From the IMG/VR virus record IMGVR_UViG_3300043543_000740: a stretch of DNA of 64,000 nt; one strand, given 5' to 3'. The translations under genes and the position numbers were made by a program. The notes under the pieces are model-generated. The model was not told the DNA's origin and did not search any database. It worked only from the letters and a program-made list of their open reading frames with translations. Origin of the DNA: an uncultured virus (IMG/VR IMGVR_UViG_3300043543_000740). Its lineage: Duplodnaviria > Heunggongvirae > Uroviricota > Caudoviricetes. Positions 9,419 through 19,153 of the stretch are shown in pieces; position 1 is the first letter of the stretch, and every line of letters starts with the position of its first letter.

Positions 9419-9762
9419 CAGACGCACCGGATGCGGACGACGGTCTTCCCGCCTTCGACGGGCGGGCACTTGATGATCGAGAGGCGGACGACCTGGCTGT
9501 CGTCCGCGTAGGCCCCGCCGTGCTGGAGCGCATCCAGCAGGGCCTTCTGGACGTTGTTGATGTCGCGGCGGCGGTTGTCGGGCGGGTGGACCTCGACCTC
9601 GACCGCCAGCGCGCCAGAGAGCGGCTCGAGGCGGCGGGCAGCGAGGATCGCCACGACGTTGGCGCGGAACCGGCGGCCCTCGCGGCTGATCAGCGTCTTC
9701 ACCCCAACCCGCCGCCAGTAGTGGTTGATCGACGGCGGGTAGGGCAGCTCGACCTCGAACAT
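9418..9762 (-). CDS. rusA: RusA-family Holliday junction resolvase
   Basis: LPYPPSINHYW, RRRDINN and DDSQV motifs. Confidence 0.88.
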   Translation of the reverse strand: MFEVELPYPPSINHYWRRVGVKTLISREGRRFRANVVAILAARRLEPLSGALAVEVEVHPPDNRRRDINNVQKALLDALQHGGAYADDSQVVRLSIIKCPPVEGGKTVVRIRCV

Positions 9763-10223
9763 CACGAGCGCCTCCACGGCGGCGTGTTATTGGCCGACGG
9801 CTGCGCCGCGGCCGCCGGCGCGGGGCTTTCCTTCTTGGCGTAGCCCTTGATCTCGTTGGTCAGCTCGCCGGTGTCGTCGCGCTTCTTGCACTTGACGTGG
9901 ATCACCAGCGGCAGGTCGTGCAGTTCGACCGAGTCGTTCGGGGCCAGCACGCCGACCGCCCGACAGATGGCGGACAGCTCCGCCCGCGCGATCTGCACCG
10001 CCGTCGCGTTCGGGTTGTCGAGGTTGAGGCGCGCCCACAGGTTGCGGCCCTTGTACGGGCCGTCCACGACCTGGAAGGTGAGCTGGAGGTAGTGCCCGGT
10101 CCCGGCCTTGTTGGGCTTCATCTCGGACTCGGTGATGACCGCCAGGTACTTCCCCGCCGGGATCGGCTCGAAGTCGCTGGACGGTTCCACCTGATTGGCG
10201 TCGAACCCGCGCAGGTCAGCCAT
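9762..10223 (-). CDS. DUF669-like phage ssDNA-binding protein
   Basis: PIPAGKY...NEIKGY...PPW; follows the AAA_24 gene. Confidence 0.75.
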   Translation of the reverse strand: MADLRGFDANQVEPSSDFEPIPAGKYLAVITESEMKPNKAGTGHYLQLTFQVVDGPYKGRNLWARLNLDNPNATAVQIARAELSAICRAVGVLAPNDSVELHDLPLVIHVKCKKRDDTGELTNEIKGYAKKESPAPAAAAQPSANNTPPWRRS

Positions 10224-11001
10224 GTTTTTCGGCTCCTTGTTTCTGGTTGGCGGACAGGGCGGACACGAACGCCGCCCAGGACAGGGGAAGCTCTTCCGTG
10301 ATCCCGTAACGGTTCTTGGCGACGCACGACGGGCCGCCGACGGTGCGGAGGACGCGCTCGCCGCCGTCCTTGCCGATGGCGTGGGCGATGGTGCGTTTGC
10401 GGTTGAAGCCGGCGTCTTCGGTCTGCGTGCGGAACTTGCGGGTGGCGAACAGGACGGCGTCGCACCACTCGCTGACCAGCGCCGCCGCGTGCTTGTGCAG
10501 CCGGGGCGAGTAGCGGTCGTATGGCGGGGCCTCGGGGTCCTCGAACTTCTCCACCTTGGCGTGGGCGATCAACATGACGACCATGCCGCGCTGCGAGCGA
10601 AGCAGGTTCAGGTGGTCGATCACCTCGCGCCAGTGGGTCAGCGCGTGGGTGTAGCCGCGCGCGTAGCCACCGTCGGCCTTCTCGATGTTCTTGACGTTGA
10701 ACTCGGCGCACACCCGGTCCCAGATCAGCCGCTCCAGCCAGTCGAGCGAATCGAGGACGACCGTCTCGAAGTCGTGGGGTTGAGTCCGCAGGTCCGCGAG
10801 GGCGGCCGTCACCTCGTCGTAGGTCGCGGCGAGCGGGAACTTGGCGCAGTCGATCTCGTCGAGGCCGTCCTCGGTCGGCACGAACACCGGGTTGGGGGCT
10901 TGCGACCCGAAGGTGCTCTTGCCGATGCCGGGGGTGCCGTAGACGAGCAGCCGCGGCGGCCTCGGGGTGCGGCCGCGTTGGACGCGGGCCATCAGGCTCA
11001 T
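10216..11001 (-). CDS. AAA_24 / Sak4-like ATPase
   Basis: YGTPGIGKS and VVLDSLDWLE motifs. Confidence 0.85.
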   Translation of the reverse strand: MSLMARVQRGRTPRPPRLLVYGTPGIGKSTFGSQAPNPVFVPTEDGLDEIDCAKFPLAATYDEVTAALADLRTQPHDFETVVLDSLDWLERLIWDRVCAEFNVKNIEKADGGYARGYTHALTHWREVIDHLNLLRSQRGMVVMLIAHAKVEKFEDPEAPPYDRYSPRLHKHAAALVSEWCDAVLFATRKFRTQTEDAGFNRKRTIAHAIGKDGGERVLRTVGGPSCVAKNRYGITEELPLSWAAFVSALSANQKQGAEKHG

Positions 11002-11300
11002 GCGTGGGCCTCCTGGGGTTGGTGGGCGCGGGCCTCGACGCGCTCGACGCGGAAGGCGTCGTCGCCGAACTCGCGGCGGACGAAGCCGACGAACAGGCGG
11101 TTGACGTCCCGGCCGGCCGGCGTGCCCGCGTCGATGACGCAGGTCCGCCGGTCGCGGTCGAGCAGGTGGGTCGCGTCGAGCCGGACTTGGCTCTCGCCGT
11201 GCAGGCTCTCCGCGCCCCAGATGGCCAGCAGCAGGGTCGCCTCGACCTCGTCCAGCGGGACGAGGTCGGGGAACGAGTAGCGGTAGATGTCCTTGGTCAT
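10998..11300 (-). CDS. Hypothetical protein
   Basis: 100-aa ORF translationally coupled to the AAA_24 gene. Confidence 0.7.
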   Translation of the reverse strand: MTKDIYRYSFPDLVPLDEVEATLLLAIWGAESLHGESQVRLDATHLLDRDRRTCVIDAGTPAGRDVNRLFVGFVRREFGDDAFRVERVEARAHQPQEAHA

Positions 11301-11374
11301 GTCGGTCCCCCGCGAAACGGTTCAGGGCTCCTACAAGAAGGCCTTTGCCGTTCGCGGGGGAACTGACGCGGCGA

Positions 11375-11920
11375 TCACAGGTAAATCCGCAGGCCGGCGT
11401 CCTCGAAGCAGCGCCGCAGGCGCTCGACCTGGCGCAGCAGCGTGGTGCGTGGCACGTTCAGGTCGCGGGCCGCCTGCGAGACGGTCTGCACCTTGAGCCG
11501 CTCGGCCAGGTCGCGCAGCTCCGCCGGCAGCCCGGCCAGGACCTCGGCCAGGTCGTGGGCCAGGTCGAACCGCTCCGCGTCCCGGCCGCCGTCGCGGAGG
11601 TCGGGCAGGTCGGTCGCCCCGCCGCCGTCGGCGGCCGGCGTGTCCAGCGACCGGATGCCGGTGGTGTCGCGCTTCTTGGCCCAGCGCTCGCGGAGCAGCA
11701 TGGCCACCGACCGCTCGACCACGGTCGTGATGAACACGTTGATGTGGCCCTGCTCGGGGTCGAACTGGGCCAGGCCCTGCAGCAGGCGCAGGAACAGCTC
11801 CTGCTCGATGTCGCGCAGGTCCCGCGCGGTGAACCCGTCGCAGCGGGCGATGAGTCGGGCCTTGCGGCGGATGATGGAACGGGCGAAGCCCTGGAGAACG
11901 ATCTTGTTGTCGTGAACCAC
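11375..11920 (-). CDS. Sigma-70/ECF-like factor
   Basis: DIEQELFLRLL..FDP region 2 and a C-terminal HTH; GTG start inferred. Confidence 0.75.
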   Translation of the reverse strand: MVHDNKIVLQGFARSIIRRKARLIARCDGFTARDLRDIEQELFLRLLQGLAQFDPEQGHINVFITTVVERSVAMLLRERWAKKRDTTGIRSLDTPAADGGGATDLPDLRDGGRDAERFDLAHDLAEVLAGLPAELRDLAERLKVQTVSQAARDLNVPRTTLLRQVERLRRCFEDAGLRIYL

Positions 11921-12116
11921 TTGGGATCTCCTCCGGCCGCGGAGGAGCAGGCGTGGGCCACGACGACAGGCGTGAAGGTGCAGGCCAACGCGAAGCGAAG
12001 GCGATGCGAGGAGCGCCATGATCGGCGTCGCCCACATTCGCCTCCGCTGCGCGGCCGGCAAAAAGTCGGGTGAGTTGGAAACCGGGTTGTTGTTCGCGTG
12101 CGGGTGTGGCCCGCGA

Positions 12117-12446
12117 TTACGCGGCGACGTCCGCCACGAGCAGGCGGAACGGCAGTCCGTGCTTGACCTCGAGGACCGCGACCGTGCCGTCGCGGAGGTG
12201 GTCGAGGTGGTGGAGCAGCTCGACCACCTGGTCCTTGAGCAGGAAGTTGGCGGCGTCGCGCTCGGGGCGCGGGCCGTTGTCGCCGCCGATCTTGATCTCG
12301 CGGACGACGCGCGGCGGCGGGTCGAAAACCGGGTTGCCGCCGCGCACGGCCAGGCCCTCGATGCGCCCGAAGTTGATGGTCTGCATCAACTCGACCAGTC
12401 GCTGCCGGGGTTCGGGCAGCGCGGCCTTCGTCAGGCCAGGTTTCAT
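12117..12446 (-). CDS. Hypothetical protein, first gene of replication operon
   Basis: GGAGGTG RBS; coherent 109-aa ORF. Confidence 0.7.
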   Translation of the reverse strand: MKPGLTKAALPEPRQRLVELMQTINFGRIEGLAVRGGNPVFDPPPRVVREIKIGGDNGPRPERDAANFLLKDQVVELLHHLDHLRDGTVAVLEVKHGLPFRLLVADVAA

Positions 12447-12582
12447 GGAGTCACCTCCTGCGCGGGTCGGCGCAAAGAAACACCCCGCGAAGCAGGCCCG
12501 GCGAAAGGCTGTTCACGGGGTGTTTTGCCGCCCTTGACGGCGGCTGGCTGTTTGGCTCGCCGGGCCATGCCTTCGCAGGGAA

Positions 12583-12624
12583 GGCGCTACATCCGGCGTA
12601 GCGGGCGCTACATTTGGCGTAGCG
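12583..12624. promoter_or_regulatory. Tandem palindromic operators CGCTAC-N7-GTAGCG x2
   Basis: GGCGCTACATCCGGCGTAGCG followed directly by GGCGCTACATTTGGCGTAGCG. Confidence 0.55.
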
Positions 12625-12645
12625 CTGTCTTTTCTGCGGCGGGGA

Positions 12646-14688
12646 TCAGGTCTCCCAGGTCACGTCCTGGGCGGGCGAGTAGCAGGGATTGAGGCCGCAA
12701 CACAGGCATGGTGATTTGAGGTGGTCCGCGAGGCGCTTATCGAACTGGCCAATGTCCTTGACCGCACGCCGAATGGCGTTCCCGACGGCCTTCCGGACTC
12801 GATCACGATCATCCGCATCCTTCCGTATCCGCCCACCAAGCCCCTTGGCTTTGCGAATCTCCTCCATGAACGACTCCATCTCGCCTTGGATGCGACTAAT
12901 GGCGGCGTCATCGCGGTTGGACTTGGCCTCTTCCAGTTCCTCCTTTAATTCCGCGTACCGCGCCTGATACGCGAAAAGAGCGTCTTGATCGATCTTGTCG
13001 CCGGCGCTACCGAGAGAGTAGTTGTCCCTGTTTTGGGAAAGTCGGCATGCCATGACGATTGCAGAGACGGGTGTCCGGGGCTGAGAGAGCAGCATGTGTA
13101 GGTACGCTGCTCCCTTGCTGGGGAGCAAGATGTTCTCGGCGCCCCCGGCAAAGCGGATTTGCCAGACCTGGCCCTTCTTGCGGAAGATGTTGTCACTCGG
13201 CGCCACAGCGGGTTTGGACGGCGGTGGCTTCTTGGGGCCGTTGCCGGAAGCGCTCGCGTCGCAGACGAGTCGCACCAGGCAACTCGGAGGCAGCTCTCGT
13301 TTCCTGATGGCCGGGGCGTACCTGACGATGGCCTGATCAATGACGCCGGTGACTTGCTTGGCGTGCAGCTTGTACAGATCGAATATCTTGATCGCCGTAG
13401 CGTCTGGGCTTCCGTCGAACTGCCGCAGCACGCGCGTCGCTTCGCCGAACCGGCTGAAGAACTTCAAGGCCGTCATCGAGTTGATTTCGTTGGCGGTCTC
13501 CAGATAAGCCGCCAGCATAGTTTTTGGGTCGCCGTCGTTGCGCTCGCCGACGAGCAAATCTACCTTGTATGCTTCAGCCGGGTCATGGGCCTCCACGCCG
13601 GCAGCCAAGACAGCGAACCGACGGTCGATGCACTGCGAGCAGACGCCGCAGTGGGTGTGCTGCTGGGTGATCTCCCATGTGTGGGTGCAGCTCGTCGAAA
13701 ACTTAATCAGGTCGCCACAGCCGGCGTCTCCGATCAGCTTGACCACCTCGGTCTTGGTCTTCCAAAGGAATGGATTCTCGACGATGAATGGCTTCGCGGC
13801 CAAGCTGCTGAAGAGCCTGGCGAACCCATTGAGCACTTGCGGGTGCGTGGTGCGCGTTGCCCGCGCACCGACAACTTGCGCGGAGGGCGGTAGGTTGAGG
13901 CTGACGACGCCGTTCTCGTAGAACCTTATCCGGTTCAGCCCGATCATCGTGGCGATGGTCGCGGCAAGCGATGCGTAAACGAAGGATCGGGATCGCTGCG
14001 TGTATTCCCGCCCGAGGCCTTTCTCCTTGTTGATCCGCACAGGGATGTGAAGAGGGTCGTGGCCTTTCGCGTGGCCGTCGAGCAAGTTCAAGAGGTGCCT
14101 GTGGCGCGGCGTGAGTTTCTCGGTGGATCGGTGATTCACCAATAGCACCTTGCGTTTGTCCACGACCGATTCCTTCACGGCCCCGGCTACGGAATCCAGG
14201 CCGCCCGAAAACAACGCGACCTCTTCGACGACGCCGTCGAAAGGTGTGGAGTTGAAATCGAGGTATCCCTGAAGCGAGATGTCCTTCTTCAGGTGCTCGA
14301 ATTCGAAATGGTATTCGTCCTCCGACAAGAAGCTCAACGTGGAGATCAACTCGGACAGCACCGACCTGCTCTTCCAAATATCTGGATTCCGCACAGGAAT
14401 GCGGAAGAACAGCGTTCGCCGCCAGTTCTGGCCGATCTCCCCGCCGCTTTGAATCCCCCCGCCGCCTCGGGTTATCGCTTGGTCCGCGCAGTAGACGTAA
14501 ACCGCAATGTCGATGAGGTCGAGGAAGGCGGTCGGCACGGCCTTGTACATCGCCTTCCGCACGTCCTCGATCTTCAGGTGGACGTTGCTGTGCGGCCCCC
14601 ACATCCGGAGGCGCACCGGATCCTTGTCCCCAACCGAAAGGGAGGCGTCGCCGACGGAACCGCACAGGATGGCGCGTTCATTTGCCAT
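12646..14688 (-). CDS. QueC/QatC-like PP-loop ATPase with C-terminal putative DNA-binding extension
   Basis: LFSGGLDS, QRSRSF, TRTTHP, ENPF and SC..HCGVCSQCIDRR motifs. Confidence 0.85.
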   Translation of the reverse strand: MANERAILCGSVGDASLSVGDKDPVRLRMWGPHSNVHLKIEDVRKAMYKAVPTAFLDLIDIAVYVYCADQAITRGGGGIQSGGEIGQNWRRTLFFRIPVRNPDIWKSRSVLSELISTLSFLSEDEYHFEFEHLKKDISLQGYLDFNSTPFDGVVEEVALFSGGLDSVAGAVKESVVDKRKVLLVNHRSTEKLTPRHRHLLNLLDGHAKGHDPLHIPVRINKEKGLGREYTQRSRSFVYASLAATIATMIGLNRIRFYENGVVSLNLPPSAQVVGARATRTTHPQVLNGFARLFSSLAAKPFIVENPFLWKTKTEVVKLIGDAGCGDLIKFSTSCTHTWEITQQHTHCGVCSQCIDRRFAVLAAGVEAHDPAEAYKVDLLVGERNDGDPKTMLAAYLETANEINSMTALKFFSRFGEATRVLRQFDGSPDATAIKIFDLYKLHAKQVTGVIDQAIVRYAPAIRKRELPPSCLVRLVCDASASGNGPKKPPPSKPAVAPSDNIFRKKGQVWQIRFAGGAENILLPSKGAAYLHMLLSQPRTPVSAIVMACRLSQNRDNYSLGSAGDKIDQDALFAYQARYAELKEELEEAKSNRDDAAISRIQGEMESFMEEIRKAKGLGGRIRKDADDRDRVRKAVGNAIRRAVKDIGQFDKRLADHLKSPCLCCGLNPCYSPAQDVTWET

Positions 14689-15466
14689 CGGCAGCCGCCC
14701 CCTCCTTCAGTTCCGAGGTGAGTTTCGTCATCGCGTAGCTGGTGAAGTCCCTCACGTCTTTCCGGGTGATCTCACCGCCCGTCTCCCAGTTCTTTTTCGA
14801 GAACCAGCCGCCGGAGTAAGTCTCGATGATCTTGGCTGCCTCCTTGCAGTGCGTCTCCATTGCTTGTGTGAACTCGGCTTGTTCCGCGAGGGTGCTGAAC
14901 CGCTGGCCTTCGCCGAGGTGATGAGACACCGCTTTGCTGAGGAAGTAGTCGAGACACTTGTTGGTGAATCGGGCGAAGAAGTCCTTGGCGAAGACGCTGA
15001 ACTGCTTGGTGGTCGCCAACTTGGAGAAGGCTTGTTGCACGTCCTCGGGCGTCGTGCCGAAGAGGCTATGCACTCGCCCGCCGATCACCTCGGTCAGCGT
15101 TTCGACGGCTGCCATCTGGGCCATCTCGCCCAGGTCCGTCCTGCCCTTGCAGTTCGGCATCTTCGCGTCGATGGCTTCCGTCACCGCACTCACAATTTCC
15201 ATGAGCCCTGGCGAGTCGGAGACGTTTAGGCCGTGCTGGCGAAGGGCCTCAGCGAACTGGTCGGTTCTGGCGGCCAGTGGGAGGTGGATGAGCAGGTAGA
15301 TCGTTTCTACAACGCCGTGGTCCTTGGCCGCAAAACTCAGCCCGCTCTCGGCCGCGTTGATCGTGGCGTTCGCAACCTGGACCGTGCCCGCGCCGCCTGC
15401 GATCAGCCCCACGACCTGGGACCACTTCCGTGTGCGTGGCAAATCGCCAAGTCGGATGTGGCCCAT
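14678..15466 (-). CDS. Helical protein coupled to the QueC-like gene (QatB-like position)
   Basis: Starts MGHIRLG; overlaps the QueC-like start. Confidence 0.7.
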   Translation of the reverse strand: MGHIRLGDLPRTRKWSQVVGLIAGGAGTVQVANATINAAESGLSFAAKDHGVVETIYLLIHLPLAARTDQFAEALRQHGLNVSDSPGLMEIVSAVTEAIDAKMPNCKGRTDLGEMAQMAAVETLTEVIGGRVHSLFGTTPEDVQQAFSKLATTKQFSVFAKDFFARFTNKCLDYFLSKAVSHHLGEGQRFSTLAEQAEFTQAMETHCKEAAKIIETYSGGWFSKKNWETGGEITRKDVRDFTSYAMTKLTSELKEGAAADGK

Positions 15467-15601
15467 AGCCGGTGGCTCCTGGGGACACCTGGGGGTTGAT
15501 GAGTTTGGACGCAAATCCGGAGATTATCGCATCTCCGTTCAGTTTTTCTAGCTCAGCAGCAGAGCAGCGGGTAGCGCGACAAGGCATTTCTGAGCAATGT
15601 C

Positions 15602-16009
15602 TTACGTCGAGACCAGTTCCTGCCACATCCGCCGCTGCTTCCGCCAGTCGGGCGTGGAGGCGATCGGTTGCAGCTGCGCGAGGATGATCGGAGCGCGGCC
15701 GGCCTCGATCCGGGGCAGGTTCAGAATCGCCTCCTGGATGTCCGGGGCCAGGTTCAGCAGGTTCATAATCTGGCTAACGCGGGCTCGGGTGACGTGCCCC
15801 AGCCGGCCAAGCTCCGTGTAGCTCTCGATCACCCCGTCGCGGAGCAGCCCGTCGCAACGGATTGCGAGTGCCATCAGCCGCGCCACGCGGGACACCCGTC
15901 CCGGCGCGGCCGGGCGGAACGGCTTCGGGCCGGTCTCCAGCACCTTGCGGCTGCCGCGCCCCTTGCGGTTGAAGTGGACCTCGCACTCGATGGTCAGTGG
16001 CGTCTTCAT
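15602..16009 (-). CDS. Recombinase-associated HTH protein
   Basis: VTRARVSQIMNLLNLAPDIQ; coupled to the recombinase gene. Confidence 0.75.
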   Translation of the reverse strand: MKTPLTIECEVHFNRKGRGSRKVLETGPKPFRPAAPGRVSRVARLMALAIRCDGLLRDGVIESYTELGRLGHVTRARVSQIMNLLNLAPDIQEAILNLPRIEAGRAPIILAQLQPIASTPDWRKQRRMWQELVST

Positions 16010-17598
16010 GCCCGTCTCTCCTCACGCTTGTCGGCCAGCTCGCGGGCCAGCGTCTTGATGCCGGCGGGCCGGAAGGCGATGGCGACCTTCCCCTTCGACC
16101 CGTCGTAGTCCACCTGCTCGACCAGCAGATGCACCACGCGCACCTGCTCGTGCGGCGTCAGCGACCCCCACACCGGGTCGAAGATCGACATCGCCAGGGC
16201 CGCCTCGTCCTCGTCCAAAAGCTGGTGGTGGACGGCGTGGATCTGCTCGCGCAGCTTCCGGACCCGTCCCTCGACCGTGCCGATGCGCTCCTGCAAGTCG
16301 GCGAGGCGGGCGATCACCGAGCCGGTGTCGTCGCCCGGCTTGATCTGGCCCGACAGCGACCGCATCTCGGCGTGCCAGGCGCGGAGGTCCTTCTCCAAAG
16401 CGTGCTGCTCGGTCCCCAGTTCGGCGGCCCGCGCCTCGTCCTGGCGGCGGGCCTCGGCGAGGACTTCTTGCAGCACGCGGGGGTCCTGGCCGATGGTCTT
16501 GATCTGCTTGACGACGAGGTCTTCGATCTGGGCGGCCGGGACCGACTTCGACGGGCAGGTGTGCCAGCCCCGCTTCTGGGCCGACGAGCAGACGTAGTAG
16601 CGGTAGCGCTTGGTCCCCTCGCGCGTCGAGTGCGACGGCGTCATGGCGCAGCCGCAGGGGACGCAGCGGATGATCCCCTTGAGCAAGGCCCCGAACTTGT
16701 TGCGGACGGGTGCGCCGCCGGTGCGCCCGTTCCGCTCCAGCAGCGCCTGGACCTTCTGCCAGACGACCGGATCGACGATGGCCGGGTGCTCGCCGTCGTG
16801 GACCTCGTCCTTGTAGCGCACCTTGCCGATGTACGCGACGTTGGTCAGCAGCTTGTAAAGACTGGTGCGGGTGAACGGCTTGCCGCCCTTCCGCGGCCCC
16901 TTCCGCGTGGCCCACTCCTTGTTCTTCCAGCCGCGCTTTTCGAGTTCCAGCACCACCGGCAACAGCGACTCGTGGTCCAGGTAGAGCTTGAAGATGGCGC
17001 GGACACGCTCGGCCTCGGCCGGGTTGACGACCAGGCGGAATCCCTGCGGGTCCACGTCGTAGCCGAGGATGGGCCAGCCGCCTGCCCACTTCCCCTTGCG
17101 GCGCGTGGCGGCGATCTTGTCCCGCGTCCGTTCGCTGATGATCTCACGCTCGAACTGGGCGAACGAGAGCAGCACGTTCAGCACCAGCCGGCCCATGCTG
17201 GTCGCGGTGTTGAACTGTTGCGTCACGGAGACGAACGACACCTTGTGCTTCTCGAACGTCTGCATCATCTGGGCGAAGTCGAGCAGGCTGCGGCTGAGGC
17301 GGTCCACCTTGTAGACCACGACCGCGTCGATCTTGCCCGCCTCGATGTCGGCCATCAGGCGCTGGAGCGCCGGCCGCTCCATGTTGCCGCCCGTGAAGCC
17401 GCCATCGTCGTAGCGTTCGGCCAGCACCGTCCACCCCTCGCCGGCCTGGCTGCGGACGAAAAGCTCGCCCGCCTCCCGTTGGGCGTCAAGGCTGTTGAAC
17501 TCCTGCTCCAGGCCCTCCTCGGTGGACTTGCGGGTGTAGACCGCGCACCGGACCAGCGGCACGGTCGCCGGCGTCGCGGTCCTCGCCTTCCTCTTCAT
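16006..17598 (-). CDS. Large serine recombinase
   Basis: YTRKS, DRLSR, recombinase domain and a CVPC..C Zn ribbon. Confidence 0.95.
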   Translation of the reverse strand: MKRKARTATPATVPLVRCAVYTRKSTEEGLEQEFNSLDAQREAGELFVRSQAGEGWTVLAERYDDGGFTGGNMERPALQRLMADIEAGKIDAVVVYKVDRLSRSLLDFAQMMQTFEKHKVSFVSVTQQFNTATSMGRLVLNVLLSFAQFEREIISERTRDKIAATRRKGKWAGGWPILGYDVDPQGFRLVVNPAEAERVRAIFKLYLDHESLLPVVLELEKRGWKNKEWATRKGPRKGGKPFTRTSLYKLLTNVAYIGKVRYKDEVHDGEHPAIVDPVVWQKVQALLERNGRTGGAPVRNKFGALLKGIIRCVPCGCAMTPSHSTREGTKRYRYYVCSSAQKRGWHTCPSKSVPAAQIEDLVVKQIKTIGQDPRVLQEVLAEARRQDEARAAELGTEQHALEKDLRAWHAEMRSLSGQIKPGDDTGSVIARLADLQERIGTVEGRVRKLREQIHAVHHQLLDEDEAALAMSIFDPVWGSLTPHEQVRVVHLLVEQVDYDGSKGKVAIAFRPAGIKTLARELADKREERRA

Positions 17599-18092
17599 GC
17601 GTCACCCCCTTTGCCGCCCAGGCGGAAGAAGAGGAAGCCGTTGCAGTGCGACCCGGTGATCTGCTTCGCCACGGCGCTGAGCGAGGTGAAGACCACGCCC
17701 TCGTACTCGAACCCGTCCGGCCGGACCTTCACCTGCTGCACTTCGCCCTTGTACTTGCGGGTGATGACCGTGCCCGGCGGCGGCAGCCGGTCGTCGGCCT
17801 GGAACTTCAGCACCCGCACAGGAACGTCGTCCTCGACCGGCGGGGCCGCCTTCATCGGCGGCGGGTTCAGGCGCAGGTCGGCGTCGTCCGCCAGTTCGGC
17901 GGCCCGCCGGAGGGCGCGGTCGGACAGGCCGCCCTCGGCCCGCGCCTGGAGCCGCCAGGCGATCCGCTTGACCAGCCACGCCTTGTTGTGGCCGTTGGTC
18001 TCCTCGCCGAAGACCTCGGCGTACCTCTGCCGCAATTGCTTCACGGTCATCCGCTGCAAGGCGGCGACCTCGCGTCCGACGTTCATCTCCAT
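17595..18092 (-). CDS. DUF2924-like protein
   Basis: RIAWRLQ..GGL, PGTVITR and SLSAVAKQITGSHCNG motifs. Confidence 0.85.
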   Translation of the reverse strand: MEMNVGREVAALQRMTVKQLRQRYAEVFGEETNGHNKAWLVKRIAWRLQARAEGGLSDRALRRAAELADDADLRLNPPPMKAAPPVEDDVPVRVLKFQADDRLPPPGTVITRKYKGEVQQVKVRPDGFEYEGVVFTSLSAVAKQITGSHCNGFLFFRLGGKGGDA

Positions 18093-18126
18093 CGTTGGCT
18101 CCCTTGTCTCAGGGTCTCGGAAATCG

Positions 18127-18327
18127 TCAACCGACGTGGACACTGAGCGGGTTTTCGGGAACAGCTTCAAGGGGCTTTTCCGCTGTGTCGGGCAGGATTT
18201 CCGGGGCGGGAGCGGACGCGAGCGCGGCGCGGTCGCGGAGCCGCCGCAGGCCGGCGGCCAGGATCGCCGCGACCTCGCGGCGGCGCTCGTCGGGGGTCAA
18301 CAGGGAGGGGTCGAGATCGGGTCGCAT
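18127..18327 (-). CDS. Small hypothetical protein
   Basis: LTPDERRREVAAILAAGL; upstream of the DUF2924 gene. Confidence 0.55.
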   Translation of the reverse strand: MRPDLDPSLLTPDERRREVAAILAAGLRRLRDRAALASAPAPEILPDTAEKPLEAVPENPLSVHVG

Positions 18328-18528
18328 GGCGGGCCATCTCCGAGGTGCCCACAGCGACCTACGCGGCGCGGCCGGTCGGCTGTCTGGCGGGAACGGAACG
18401 GGACGCACTACCCATAGGCCTTTGCGGACGCCGTTCGAGATGACGCATCGGGGTCCGAGAGGAAACGGGTTGGTAACTTTTCGGGGGGTGGTAACCAGAG
18501 ACTCTGAGAGTTTTGGCGGGAGAGTTTC

Positions 18529-18565
18529 GGGTCCGACAGGAACCTTCAAGGTTCCTGTCGGACCC
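18529..18565. repeat. Perfect 18-bp inverted repeat
   Basis: GGGTCCGACAGGAACCTT-C-AAGGTTCCTGTCGGACCC. Confidence 0.85.
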
Positions 18566-19153
18566 CGATGGCTCTCTCTCGGAACGGAGAGCGCGGGGCC
18601 AGGGGATGGGTCGTCGGAAACCGTGCGGGAAAGGCGGAAAACGCGAAACGCCGAGAGCAGCCGCTCTCGGCGTTTCCTGGTAACTCCTGTGTCCCCTTCG
18701 CTCGAAGGCGAAGGGGCAAGCTCCCCGTGCGGAACACTCTTCGTAACAAACCTCACCCTGACGCGCGCGAGAGCATCGCTTCTGCACGCAGCAAACGCAG
18801 TAATTTCTAGGGCTTGGTCGATCTGACCGAAGGAAGAGTCTGACTGACCCGATATGCGACCGTGTTCCTCTCGTGTCCCAAGATCACGTCTTGCGAACAC
18901 TCCAGCGCGCGCGACCTGTCAACCAGTCGGTGTTCGTTCCGCAGATGTGCAACGACCGCACTGACTGATCCGATGCTGCTCAGCCGCTCCGCGCCTCACG
19001 TCGGGCGCATCCCGCACCACGCGCGCTCCGCACCCATGTCCCCGCCGACACCCCCGAAAACCGCTCTCTCCCCGAGGCTGTCAGCGCTGTACGGAAACTA
19101 TGTCCCACCCCCGAAATGTTGGCGTTCCACCGCACTCAGACAGTTGTCACTCC

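Larger units (their letters stand above)
1..18400 (-). mobile_element. Prophage A (partial; continues beyond left edge)
   Basis: Gene order is recombinase/DUF2924, sigma factor, AAA_24, SSB, RusA, helicase, primase, ParB-MTase, then TerS-like. The overlapping part is collinear with prophage B. The right boundary is approximate. Confidence 0.8.

Noticed and set aside
12646..14688. Housekeeping queC or a dpd DNA-modification cluster
   Set aside because: The protein is far longer than QueC, and no queD, queE, folE or dpdA genes are nearby.
18715..18750. tRNA 3'-end remnant or att site (GCTCCCCG...)
   Set aside because: The resemblance is too short, with no cloverleaf and no partner repeat in the window.
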